The notes below the pieces were generated by a model. The model worked only from the letters and a program-made list of their open reading frames with translations. It was not told the DNA's origin and searched no databases. DNA of 59,260 nucleotides, counting the filler, from Squatina squatina (Eukaryota): the NCBI GenBank assembly GCA_031763465.1. It is 3 parts of 3 records of this genome, joined end to end, with 100 filler letters (N's around TTAATTAATTAA, not from the genome) between each part and the next. Parts side by side here need not be neighbours in the genome. Positions count along the whole stretch, not along the records: positions 12,644 to 43,024 come from JARFOE010000100.1; 2 more parts are not named here. One strand, given 5' to 3'. Below, piece by piece: positions 12,544 through 24,529 of this stretch. The translations under genes were made by a program, and so were the position numbers. Position 1 is the stretch's first letter. Every line of letters starts with the position of its first letter.

Positions 12544-12643
12544 NNNNNNNNNNNNNNNNNNNNNNNNNNNNNNNNNNNNNNNNNNNNTTAATTAATTAAN
12601 NNNNNNNNNNNNNNNNNNNNNNNNNNNNNNNNNNNNNNNNNNN
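12544..12643. other. Artificial scaffold linker N44-TTAATTAATTAA-N44 (second copy at 43025-43124)
   Basis: Identical 12-mer centred exactly in two 100-bp gaps; the palindrome has stop codons in all six frames. Confidence 0.9.
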
Positions 12644-13724
12644 ATTGTCACCCCAGGGACACACCGAATTGACTCGGATTTACGTAATCAGCCCTTCTGT
12701 TTTAGAAACAAATGGTTCCCAAAGCAAGGTGGAGCATCTTCAGTGATTCAGTCAGAACCTAAGGGCTAATGAGATGATTAAACACAATCACTTCTATCAA
12801 ATTCATCAAGCACAAATATCTGTAATCATCAATTTTCTTGACATGTCATAGTTTATGTAACAAATGTACTTCCATCTATTTAACAGCAATTAAATATTTG
12901 TAAATTGCAATGCTTTATGACTCATGCTGGAGATTATAGTCCCTATGCGGTGGAACAAGCAACCAAATATTACTAGTTAACTTCCTACTGTGTTTATTGT
13001 TATTGACAGTTGCAGAGGTGCTCCATTTTCACTACTTCTGTCAGCACCAATATATTTTAAGGTTTATTTCAGTGCTCAAGTGTGATGTTCCATCGTTATT
13101 GGGGCCACATACTGTGTTTTTAATTACAACTGCTGTGCAATAAAAATTGTTACATAAAAGCACAGCCCAGCGAACTTTCCAAGTTATGGGGCGTTGAAGT
13201 CTCCACTGCGATTTTATGAGTTTTCACAATAACTATGCTGAATATTGGAGCGGATTTGTTCCCATCACAGCAAGAGGACCATAATGATGGGTAATGGGCT
13301 GTGTTCGGTTTCCAGACAAAGCTGGCATCAATGAAATATGCCCGAAGCTGATGTCAAGCAACTGCCATCCCACGAGACGTATTACAGCTGCCTTGTGTAG
13401 TGTAGTCAACACAATGCCCACCACATTGGAGGCAGAACTTCCCAACATTTAATTTGCATTAACTCTTTGCCACGGGGAACAATTTGCTTGATCAACTCTG
13501 TCAATTCCTTGAAATCTTCCATGAATTCATGGGTCCAGGAGGATTCTGGCTTCATCCCAAATCTGTCGCTGATTCTGAAGACCAGCAATGATTACTTGGT
13601 TTTGTAAAGAGCTTTGGGGCATTATGTCATCATTTGGGAACTGAATTACACTGTAACTGGGAAGAGTTCCCCTTTCTAACCAACAGTATTTCAAAGCTTT
13701 TATGCTACTTCTGGTTGAAAGATA

Positions 13725-13786
13725 TCATAAGAACATGAGAAATAGGAGCAGGGGTAGGCCATCCGGCCCCTCAAGCCTGCTCCACT
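13725..13786 (-). mobile_element. CR1 LINE 3' tail
   Basis: cataagaacatgagaaataggagcaggggtaggccatccggcccctcaagcctgctccac, the reverse complement of the tail at 14301-14365. Confidence 0.75.
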
Positions 13787-14300
13787 GTCTGTCTGTTCTA
13801 TCCAGATGCAAGGCCAGATGCCAGTATGAGCTGTTGGCAACAGTTTGCCTAGTTGTCTATTACGCATCGTGCAATAGGATGCAAGTAAAATATGAATGCG
13901 CTCAGCTTACACCTCAAAGATGCTCGAAATTAGGAGTATAATCAGGACCTATCTATCCAGCCACATTCCAGTTAAAATGTCAGGATAGATCTCCTGATCA
14001 GTCAGGTTGTTCCCACCAGTGATCCAGAATATTTTCGCTTGGGAAATTGGGCAGTGTCTCAACTCACCAGATCTCCGTTCAACCCAGGGTGCTATTTTGC
14101 AACTAACAGTTTGGTCATTTGAAGAAGATGGGTGATTCCTGGGAGACCTCGCTGGTTGATGACATTTTTCAGACAGCCATGAACACCAGCTGAATGCAGA
14201 NNNNNNNNNNNNNNNNNNNNNNNNNNNNNNNNNNNNNNNNNNNNNNNNNNNNNNNNNNNNNNNNNNNNNNNNNNNNNNNNNNNNNNNNNNNNNNNNNNNN

Positions 14301-14365
14301 GTTGAATGGCGGAGCAGGCTTGAGGGGCCGAATGGCCTACTCCTGCTCCTATTTCCTATGTTCTT
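14301..14365 (+). mobile_element. CR1 LINE 3' tail
   Basis: gaatggcggagcaggcttgaggggccgaatggcctactcctgctcctatttcctatgttctta; the same tail recurs at 43125-43165. Confidence 0.75.
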
Positions 14366-14669
14366 ATAGTGAGAGCCTCCGATAATAGTTCAAGCCCAAT
14401 AGTAGTGCAAGCCTCCAATAATAGTGCGAGTCTGATAATAGTGCGAGGCCGCTAATAGTGTGAAGCCGGTAATAGTGCGAGTCTGATAATAGTGTGAGTC
14501 CAATAGTAGTGCGAGCCTCCAATAATAGTGCGAGTCCGATAATAGTGCGAGGCCGATAATAGTGCGAAGCTGGTAATAGTGCGAGTCTGATAATAGTGCG
14601 AGCCTCCAATAACAGTGCGAGTCCGATAATAGTGCAAGTCCGATAATAGTGCGGGTCCGATAATAGTGC
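14364..14669. repeat. Minisatellite of about 17.5 units, 17-bp consensus ATAATAGTGCGAGTCCG with 19-bp variants
   Basis: Directly visible tandem units with no unique spacers. Confidence 0.95.
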
Positions 14670-15028
14670 TTTCTGACCTACATTGGCTCCTGGTCCACCA
14701 ATGCCCCAATTTTAAAATTTTCGCTTCGACAAAAGCCCCACACAAATTTCTCCCTCATAAAAAGACATGCTCGAAGGATCGACTTCCACACTGGATATCA
14801 CAGCACACAATAATGTAATGACTTCAGGAAATATTTTGGCAAGCTGTCAGCGGAGAAGTATACTTTGAACAACCAAGACTGAAAGTGATTGAGCACCTCT
14901 CTTCAACCCCAGAAACAGGGCCTTTGATGTATTTCTAAAGGTCTTGCATCAAGTTTACATTCCACCAAATATAATTCAACATTGCTTGCAGTTCGGGTTT
15001 TCACATTCAACGATTTTGGCCATTTCTT

Positions 15029-15058
15029 TTGTGTGTGTGTGTGTGTGTGTATGTGCGT
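15029..15058. repeat. (TG)n microsatellite
   Basis: tgtgtgtgtgtgtgtgtgtgtatgtgcgtg. Confidence 0.9.
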
Positions 15059-16737
15059 GAATCAGTCATGTAATGGTTGGCCTACTTTATGCACCACTGG
15101 TCAAACAACTGAAAAAAAAAATGGTCAACAACGTTCATTAGAATTCAGAAAATGTGTTGTGTCGCTATCTAATGCACCTCTTGCAGCATCACATACATAA
15201 TAGTAATTCTCAACCAACCATCATTTTTTATATTAGTGCTGACTTGTAATAACTGCATGTAAATTGCCTACCCAAGTGTTATCTTCCTGACGATACTGCT
15301 TCCAGTTTCTCTCATTTGATTTAGCAGACTGCATCCATTCATAAGTATTTGTTTCCTATTTCTCCCTAAATATTGGGGAAGAGCAGACACTCCAGTATAG
15401 GCTGAAATAATATTTGCCTCCACTGCATGAGACACAGAAGAACTGGGGCTTCTCATATTTATGCAGTCATTTGTTCTATTTGTTTCTAAAAGAATAATGG
15501 GCAATCCATTTGTTGAAGTTAAATGACAAGATGTAATTTTTACTTAAAATAGTTAAAATGAAAATGAAGTATGTTTTTAAACTTGTATTTGGTAACAGGC
15601 TGCAAGCTTATGACTTGGATCGTGCTTGCGTGGTACAGTCAGTCACACTCTGGATTTCATACCTTTGCACTGGCTGACAATCCACACATCAGCTTTAAAC
15701 AACAGACACAGTTTAGGAAAATCTTGAACCCAGCAAATAACAGAACTAATTTGATTGATATGTAATTCAAAATAGAGCAATCAGTTTCATATTGCAAAAA
15801 CTGCAGAATAATTTTGGCACCCAAGGGCACAAAACGCATTGGTACTCCTGCAACAGTGGCTGTTAATCTGGATCCTTTTGTAGGCTGAAGATGATCAAGA
15901 ATTATAAAACCAATTACTGCTCTGACTGTAAAAAAAAAAGTCTTCTCAAGTCATTTTGTAGCTAAGCTTAATTACATTTGTCTTTTACTACTCTGCATAA
16001 ATTCAAATAACTATTAGGTGATGTTTATCTAGGCAAGTTAGATTAGTACCCTACAAAGTGCCCCTTTAGCTCATTAATAATGCTAAATTCATGGCAGCTG
16101 CAAAAACTCCACACCAAGTGAGCTTGCAATTGAAGATTGGCACAAGACTTAAACAGAAGAAAACTCCCAAGATATTAAATCATCAATTTTAATATCCATG
16201 TTTCATTCATAACACCATCTCCCTATNNNNNNNNNNNNNNNNNNNNNNNNNNNNNNNNNNNNNNNNNNNNNNNNNNNNNNNNNNNNNNNNNNNNNNNNNN
16301 NNNNNNNNNNNNNNNNNNNNNNNNNNGAGCTCTATCAATATAATACAAGAGTGCAGTAGTTGAGTATAAAACGTCAGTAAAACACTAAGTCGGTTTGCAA
16401 GCTTGCCACTTGCTTGAAATAACCAGTAAGATTTCATTATAATACCTTTTTGATGAACTGCACCTCTGCTATCAGTTTGAGAAAGCCTTAACCTGTTATA
16501 TATCATCGTTAATCTAGGCTGTATTGTACCCTGGGGAACAAACCATTACCACAGCATTCGACAAGCACAGCATGACTGTAAATATCAGCACACGGACAGT
16601 CTGCAATGTGATATATGGCAGTCGAACCATTTCTCGGGCAGATGTGTCTTCGCCGGTGAAAATAAAACGTACTTGTGGTGTTTTCATTTGCATTTGTGAT
16701 GCGTACGCATGCTGAGAATGAATAATTGTCTTGATCA

Positions 16738-16896
<159 letters not shown>

Positions 16897-17834
16897 TTAA
16901 AATCAGTGAGCAGGCACCGTCCCTCTACAGGATCAACTCCAGATAAAGATTTTAACCCCCCCACACACCCTGTTCTCAATGGGCACCACATTTAATACCA
17001 GGCCAATGGTATCTGTCTCCTTTGAATATGATAATGATATGCAGCTTGTATAACACTTATCTCCATTACTCATGGGCAGTGTAATCATGTTCCACTGAGA
17101 GTGCCCAATTACAAATTTTTTAAAAAGGACATACTGCAGAAAAAAATTCTGTCGCATCACATTAATTTGCTTATTTTAATTACAGACTGAAATTATTTTT
17201 CTTCCAGCACATAGGAGCCAAACATCCACAGGCCTTTGATCCCACTGTAACTGCAAGGGTCAGCTTGCCGGCTATTCACCTTGTTGGATTTTCCACTGAC
17301 AGGGGTACATTCCCTCATTTAAATAATGCTGACAGTCAACCACACCAGCTAGGGTGCTTCTCAGCACACAGTAATCAGGGGAAGCTGAAAAATGTGCACT
17401 AGGGGACTGCTGGGCCCTCCCACAAAAGTGTCCAGGGTTGCTCGACTGACCTTCTTTATAATTCCCAGTACTGAACCCTTAGATGGGCGCTTGTTCTGCC
17501 CCTCCGCAGCCAGGACACCTCCTTTCACCCAGTGTACCGGCTGCTACTTGACAGCCAGGCTTGGGATGAGGAAATGTTTCCCCGCTCTACCCACCCCTCC
17601 ACCCCCCCGTCAGTTTTGCCCCTCTGATGTGGGTGACTTATTCGGGCAGACCGAGGCAAGAGTGTGCTGGAAGACCCACAGAAATTAGGGCCATTATATC
17701 TGGTTTCAGCTCCATTATGTTAACCAAGGGTTAGNNNNNNNNNNNNNNNNNNNNNNNNNNNNNNNNNNNNNNNNNNNNNNNNNNNNNNNNNNNNNNNNNN
17801 NNNNNNNNNNNNNNNNNNNNNNNNNNNNNNNNNN

Positions 17835-18225
17835 CCCTGGAATTTTTTTGCCAATTATCTTAAAACTGTGTCCTCTGCTTGCCAACTCTCTTGTCAGTGG
17901 AAACAGTTGTTGCCTACTTATTCTATCAAAACATTAATTTTGAGCACCTCTACTAAACCTCCCCTTAACATTCTCTGCTCTAAGAGGAACAATCCCAGCT
18001 TCTCTAGTTTCTCCACATAATCTCCACATTTTTGGCAGCATTCTGAGAAATCTCCTCTGTACCCTCTCCAGGGCCTTGACATCTTTCCTAAATAGTGATG
18101 TCCAGAATTGAACACACTACTCGAGCTGAGGCCTAACCAAGTGATTTTTATAGGTTTAGCATAACTTCCTTGCCTTAATGCTTCTTCATTATTTCTAAAG
18201 CCAACATCCCATATGCTGTCCCAAT
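17835..18225 (-). mobile_element. CR1 LINE ORF2 C-terminal fragment
   Basis: Minus-strand translation YVEKLEKLGLFLLEQRMLRGGLVEVLKI matches the CR1 motif L..LGLFSLE.RRLRGDLIEVFKI. Confidence 0.85.
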
Positions 18226-20125
18226 AAACCAGCACCCTGTGCCAATCACCACTACATTGTCCCAATGTATCATCGCTAATGAGACAGTTTCAATGATTTT
18301 TCAACATCCAATCAATCCTTTGTGCGATTTATTTTTTTCCCGAGTGGTTTATCCACATTCCCTCTTATTTTATAATCATAATTAATATTTTCAGATTCAA
18401 TATGCAAATCTTTATATTCATCCATGTTGAAGGTCATTTGCCAATCATCCCTCCAAGCACTGAGCTTTATAAAATCCTTCTGAATATAATTGCCTCTTCA
18501 ACTCTATTAGCTCTCCCATATAATTTTGAATTATCTGGAAATTTAGGTAGCCTACTTGATATTTCCACTTACAGGTCATTAGTGAATGAGCTATGGGCTC
18601 AGAANNNNNNNNNNNNNNNNNNNNNNNNNNNNNNNNNNNNNNNNNNNNNNNNNNNNNNNNNNNNNNNNNNNNNNNNNNNNNNNNNNNNNNNNNNNNNNNN
18701 NNNNGAAAATCTTTTTTTTTAATTAGTTTATTTTCCAGTGCATTGCAGGATGTACACTAAAACTCAACGCATTACTGCTTCATTACAAACAAAATCATCA
18801 CACATAAAATTGTGCATGCCCCTTCACTCTCAACGCTTTGTCATTTAACAAGAACAAAAAAAAATTACCATTTGCTAACTGTTGAGGCGGACTTTATTTC
18901 TTCCCCCATTCTAATTTTCTCCTGTTCGCCACTCAGACCAATGACCCATATGAGCCTAATGAATGTCCTAAAGCTATTTCACCAAAGGATAAATCATGGA
19001 GGAGTGTGTTCCTGACCTCACCCGATGTCCACACAATCACATTTCCCAGTTGGGGTAATTGGGTAGCAATTGGAAGTCGGAACACTGACTCAGTGTCCCC
19101 CTCCTTAACCCAACAAATGTGTGGAATAATTGTAGCTCTCCTATCACTACCTGCCCAGAGATCAGCCAACTCAATATAGACCAGTGATCAGGATGAGGAT
19201 CTTCTTGGTCAACATGCGCAGAAGTTACCTGCTGAGTTTTTGTGTGGGTGGTGCTGACCTTGTTCTAAATCGATGTGAAACATGATAATCACTCACATAA
19301 ACATTTCAGTAATTGTGAACACAATACAGTTGCATCTCGAGCAAAAACCATCTAAAACCAGACCGTTGAAATTGCTTGCCACATTGATTTACACAGTGGT
19401 AATACCTTCCAAATGTGGTTCAGCGTGAAGGTGCTCAGCAATATTCAGCTTCATTGGCTGTGACCTTCACACAATTATAATTACAGTCTCCATTGGGTCT
19501 TTGGTAATTATTGCGCCAACAGCAACCCACAGAGGAGATGACATTAAAACAGAGCTAGGCTGACCTGGATTGCTTAAAGGGATTGCCTGACTACATAATG
19601 CCCCTAAAGTTCACATTTATCGGGCAGATATTAACTGCTTTTATTGCACATAAAGAGAAAAGTAGTGAGCATGCAATGAACGTTTGATTAATGATTATTG
19701 GACAAGGTAATTTGGGGCTATTTGCAGTCACAAACACTATTTTAATTAGGAATAAAATGATTGCCACAAGTTTTCGAAGACAATTACTGTTTTTTTCAGA
19801 GCCTAGAAGAGCTGAAAATCTCTTCCTGTGGCAGCAATGCAGAGTGCGACAGAACGGTATGAACCTTGGTTGATCCTGATATGTTGAGTTGTTAATCCCA
19901 ACTGTTCCACTGTAAGGAGTTGCTGGGCAAGGATGAGGGAGAAGGGGACATCATCACCAAAAGTTGCTCTTGCACACTTCCTAGCTGCCAGTTCAAGAGC
20001 AGCCGAAGAAGAGGACTGGGAGCAGNNNNNNNNNNNNNNNNNNNNNNNNNNNNNNNNNNNNNNNNNNNNNNNNNNNNNNNNNNNNNNNNNNNNNNNNNNN
20101 NNNNNNNNNNNNNNNNNNNNNNNNN

Positions 20126-20210
20126 CGCAGGAGTATTATGAGACAAAACATTTGACACCGAGCCGTATAAGGAGAAATTAGGGCAGACGACCAAAATCTT
20201 GGTCAAAGAT
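20126..20210 (-). mobile_element. L2 LINE 3' end fragment
   Basis: caggagtattatgagacaaaacatttgacaccgagcc...ttggtcaaaga, similar to 40880-40945 and complementary to 41565-41630. Confidence 0.65.
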
Positions 20211-21091
20211 GAACTCCCTCAGCCTAGATTATAAAGTGAGCCTTGAACCTCCAGCCTGAGCTAAGCTGGCACTGGAATGAAGAGATGAACGGTGTGCTAA
20301 ACCCAAAATTTAGCCCTGTCTTTTCCATTTTCAGATGTGAGGACCTACTACACATTTGCACCATTGTTTTGTTTTACCAATAGTATCAGCCTCACCCTAA
20401 ACTGCATTGTCTCACACAATCTGACAAACTTGCTCAGTGATACACAGCACAGAATATGCTTAAGAACTCAAAGAGTGCTGATATATACATATATTTAATC
20501 TTTTAAGCATGTATGATATAGGCCTCAGCTTAATTATTATCGATTTTGCTAAAAAGAGCTATAATTTAAGTTCATCTTCCTTCGAATCAATTCACAGGTC
20601 ATAGTGCCGCTTTTCCCTTCACAGCCCCTGGAGATATGCAACTCCAATAAATGTCTACTAGTTTGCAATTGCCTCTTAGAGGCCCAGTACTTTCCAACCT
20701 AAAATCGATCGAAATTATCATATTAATGACCAACTTCTTGCCATATAAACAATGCCAACTTCAAATGAAATCACTGTTGATTTCCCTCTCTGAGTACTTC
20801 TCCAGATCTTAGTCTTTCTGGAGATTCCTATCACCTTTGAAGGTCTAGTTTACATTGTTATTATGGAAAAAAGCAATGCAAAGACTGTTTAGCAATCAAT
20901 GGGAATTTAATGTAGAGTACTGAAGCCAATTGTTGAGGAATAGGCAATTAAGAAACCAGGAAAAATGTGACTTTCTGAATCAAGGAATGCTNNNNNNNNN
21001 NNNNNNNNNNNNNNNNNNNNNNNNNNNNNNNNNNNNNNNNNNNNNNNNNNNNNNNNNNNNNNNNNNNNNNNNNNNNNNNNNNNNNNNNNNN

Positions 21092-21551
21092 CAGCGTATT
21101 AGCCCCACGAAGGCGCTGTTGTTCGGCCATCCCGAAGCAGGAGTGGGTGCCAGGAAAACAACCTGCATTGGACGTACAGGAGCCACCAGAACGAAAGACA
21201 TCCTCGCAGTCGAGATCCACGCCAGCAGAAGGGTGAGGTCCCAGCTCGTGAGAAAACATCACATGTGCAAGAGTGAGGGGGGTAAACAAACAAAGGGGTT
21301 CAGTGACCATTCCTTCTAGTCTGTAATTTAAAGGGGGAACAGTAGTTTAGAAGCCTGCAGTGGCTTGTCTATTGGGGTCCACTTTGATTCGGCCTAGAAT
21401 TAGAGAAGCGCTGGTCTCTCTCAATTGTTCCCTCACCATCACCTTACTTAGAGGACCTGTATATAATTGCCAAGGAGGTTACGTGTACAATAAAACCAAT
21501 TCTTTTGAAAGAAACACGGTGTGTGTGTACGTTTGTCAACCATTCTCTACA
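21092..21551 (+). mobile_element. 3' end of an LTR retrotransposon (Ty3/Gypsy-like): internal remnant, polypurine tract and ~210-bp LTR
   Basis: PPT AAAGGGGGAA at 21330-21339. LTR runs from AGTAG (21341) to CTACA (21551), a 4/5 match to TGTAG...CTACA inverted ends. TATATAA at 21460 and AATAAA at 21489. Confidence 0.6.
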
Positions 21552-22699
21552 TCAATCCATTCCCTATAAGTCCTTCAGACAAGAATCCTAGCAGTTGACG
21601 GTTCCCTGTACCATGCGTAGCAGGATCGACCGGGCTGCGATAGGCGCACAACAAGACTGCAGGCAAGGAGCAAATAAACCAGAGAGTGTGCGACCTACAG
21701 TACCTGCTTAGCGCAATGACAGGCAGGCAGGCCCTCGATACACTCCCCATCCAACATTATTCACTGGTCAGGGAAAACAATCCTCTGCAAGCGTGTGCAG
21801 ATCTCAGTAAAACTGTCCTGTTGTACAGCCGAACTACTGGTGGGTATACGGTGCTAACAATTTTGACCTTGCATCAAATCCACCAAGTCCCCGAAGTTAT
21901 TACCGGTTCAAAATTAATTATATGGAAAATTGTGCAGAGAAATTCTCAAGCAGTAGCACAGCAAATTACTGTAATGTTAATTTGTTTACAGAAATAATGT
22001 CACTTTAATTAGTGCTCCAGGAATTTCAGTGCAGAAAATTGTAAATTAATTGTCGTTGTGATACAAACACAAATTTTGAATGCAGTCCAGAAATACATGC
22101 ATAATGAGGCGAGGCCATAAAGCACGTCATCTACTTTTACCTGCACCTACAAGGACGATAAAGTTTCCTTTTAATTGCAGTTATTAACTGTTAAACTGAT
22201 GCTGTAACATTTTTTTTTATGAAATGCAATTTTTAATCTTTGCACCTCAGGAACCTTTGTCGCCATCAATACCTACTAATTAACAATCCATAAAATCCAC
22301 GAGAAAAACTCATTTCATTTAGCAGTTTTAATTACCAGACCTCAAACACAAAGCAAAAAAAAAATTGATTAGCAAAACACTCTCGTCTCAATGCTTTGAA
22401 AAACTTTAGTGCGTATCACTTAAAGCCTCTGTGGAAGATTAATCATGTGTGATTGTTTGGAGTTTGGAGAAAATGGAACCTGTAAAGAGGGACCATAAAT
22501 GAAATCGAGCAAAAGGGGTTTGTTATTCATTTCATAACAATTTGAATTGAAATTAGCCAGTGGAAACAATGCTTGTTTAACATAAATTGTAAATTTAGTT
22601 CTCTTTTTGTTTTAATTGACTATCTTTCTACCATTGCCATTGTTTCAGAAAGTCAGTGAAATAACAAAGAGGCGGAGTTACAGAAGGTAAGTTCTAAGA

Positions 22700-23002
22700 A
22701 TATAGCAAGGCACAGGATTGGAAAAGATCATTATGGCTCTGACATATCGCATCTCATGGTGTCTCTCGTATCTATCAAATTTTTCTCCATGTACTTATGC
22801 AGCTCTCTTTTGAATTCACTGACACCGTCAGCCCCCGCTGCCTCTCTCGGCAGCTCATTCCATACATTCACCACCCTCTGTGTGAAATAGTTACATCTAA
22901 AGTGTCTTTTGATCTGCACTCTTAGTCTAAGGCTATACCCCCTTGACGTAGACACCGTGATTATATTAAACGTATGGGTGAATTTCCTCTGGATCTCTCC
23001 CG
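22700..23002 (-). mobile_element. CR1 LINE ORF2 C-terminus/3'UTR fragment (diverged subfamily)
   Basis: Minus-strand translation SRGYSLRL...RCNYFTQRVVNVWNELPREAAGADGVSEFKRELHKYM, the CR1 terminal motif F..RVV..WN.LP. Confidence 0.85.
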
Positions 23003-23390
23003 NNNNNNNNNNNNNNNNNNNNNNNNNNNNNNNNNNNNNNNNNNNNNNNNNNNNNNNNNNNNNNNNNNNNNNNNNNNNNNNNNNNNNNNNNNNNNNNNNN
23101 NNGGACGCCCATGCTCATGGGATACCCTCTTGGTGATCCTGCATGTTGCAGCAAGGCAGAGCCGCAGGGCACGATCCCGGCCCGTGTAAAGTCAGTTCTG
23201 ATGTTTTTTGGAATGTGGAAGAAAATGTTAACAATACTGAAATAATCCCTTAATTTGTAAGGTTTTTTTTACAAGGAAGGTAAACAATGCAAATCTGGCA
23301 AGAAACCGAATGTAAAAGTATAAAGTCAGTTTTAGAATTATGCCTGGCAAAATGCAGAGGCCTTTGGGAATCCCAACTCCAGGATATTGG

Positions 23391-24087
23391 TTAGAATCTT
23401 AGAGCACAGAAGGAGGCCATTCTGCCCACTGTGCTGGTGTCGGCTCTTTGAAAGCTATCCAATGTGTACCAGCCACCCCCCACTTTACTCATTGCCCTGC
23501 AAATTTTTCCTTTTCAAGTGTATAACCAATTCCTTTTGCAAGTTTACTATTGAATCTGCTTCCGCCATCTTTGCGGGCAGTCATTCTAAATCACAACTCA
23601 CTGCATAAAAGAAATTCTCCTCATCTCCCCTCTGGATCTGTTGCCAATTATCTTAAACCTGTATCCTCTGGTTACCAATGCTAGAGTCACTGGAAACAGT
23701 TTCTCCTTATTTACTCTATCAAAACCATTCATGATTTTGAACCTCTCTATCAAATCTCCTCTTAACCTCTCTGCTGTAAGGAGAACAACACCAGCTCCTC
23801 CAGTCTCTCCATGTAACTGAAGTCTTTTATCCCTGGTACCATTCTAATAAATCTCTTCTGCTCCCTCTCTAAGGCCTTGACATCCTTCCTGAAGTGTGGT
23901 GCCCAGAGTAGGCCACAGTACTCTAGCTGAGGCCTATTCAGTATTTTGTAAAGGCTTAGCCTAACTTCCTTATTTTTGCACTCTATGCCTCTATTAATAA
24001 ATATATTTTTTAAGTAGTCTTTTCAAGTTGTTCTGTCATCTTCAAAGATTTGTGTACGCACACCTCCAGGTCTCTCTGTTCCTGCAC
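23391..24087 (-). mobile_element. CR1 (HER1-like) LINE 3' portion
   Basis: Starts with the tail agaatcttagagcacagaaggaggccattc; reverse complement of the element at 26392-26990. Confidence 0.88.
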
Positions 24088-24329
24088 AATCATGGCACAA
24101 TCAGTACAGCCAAAATGCTATAAGTTCGGAGTCNNNNNNNNNNNNNNNNNNNNNNNNNNNNNNNNNNNNNNNNNNNNNNNNNNNNNNNNNNNNNNNNNNN
24201 NNNNNNNNNNNNNNNNNNNNNNNNNNNNNNNNNTGAGGTGAGGACCATGTCAACCATGAAAAAAGCAGGTGCTGTCACCGCTGGATTTAGTGCACAGTGA
24301 CACTGTGCAATTCTGGACGGGTGGCCATT

Positions 24330-24529
24330 TTCTGCAGTTCGCGCACTGATGACGTCATAGCACCGCGTTTAGACTAATGCCAGCGCCTCGAGTGTTATGG
24401 GATTTGCGCCCGTTTAGCGCCGGCATAATCGGCACCCGAATTTTGCGCCTGCGTTTTAGCACTAAAAGTGGCCCAACGCCAGTTTCTCGCCGACTTCACG
24501 CTAGAAGTTTGACCACGAATTGGCAGCCC
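24330..24529. mobile_element. CpG-rich DNA transposon terminus (Harbinger-like)
   Basis: CpG-rich block ending AATTGGCAGCCC, with subterminal motifs (gatgacgtcat, tttagcgcc) similar to those at 10660-10763. Confidence 0.45.

Noticed and set aside
13233-13588. Minus-strand ORFs (MLVFRISDRF..., MLGSSASNVV...) as possible exons
   Set aside because: No recognisable domain or convincing splice pair; short ORFs of this size are expected by chance.
14364-14669. Possible CRISPR array, or repeat-protein ORFs (14364-14609, 14452-14745)
   Set aside because: Units are contiguous with no unique spacers, there are no cas genes, and the context is eukaryotic. The ORFs are translations of the minisatellite.
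24291-24309. Palindrome TGCACAGTG-A-CACTGTGCA containing two RAG RSS heptamers
   Set aside because: The orientation is opposite to a signal joint, I see no nonamers at 12/23 spacing, and there are no Ig/TCR segments nearby.
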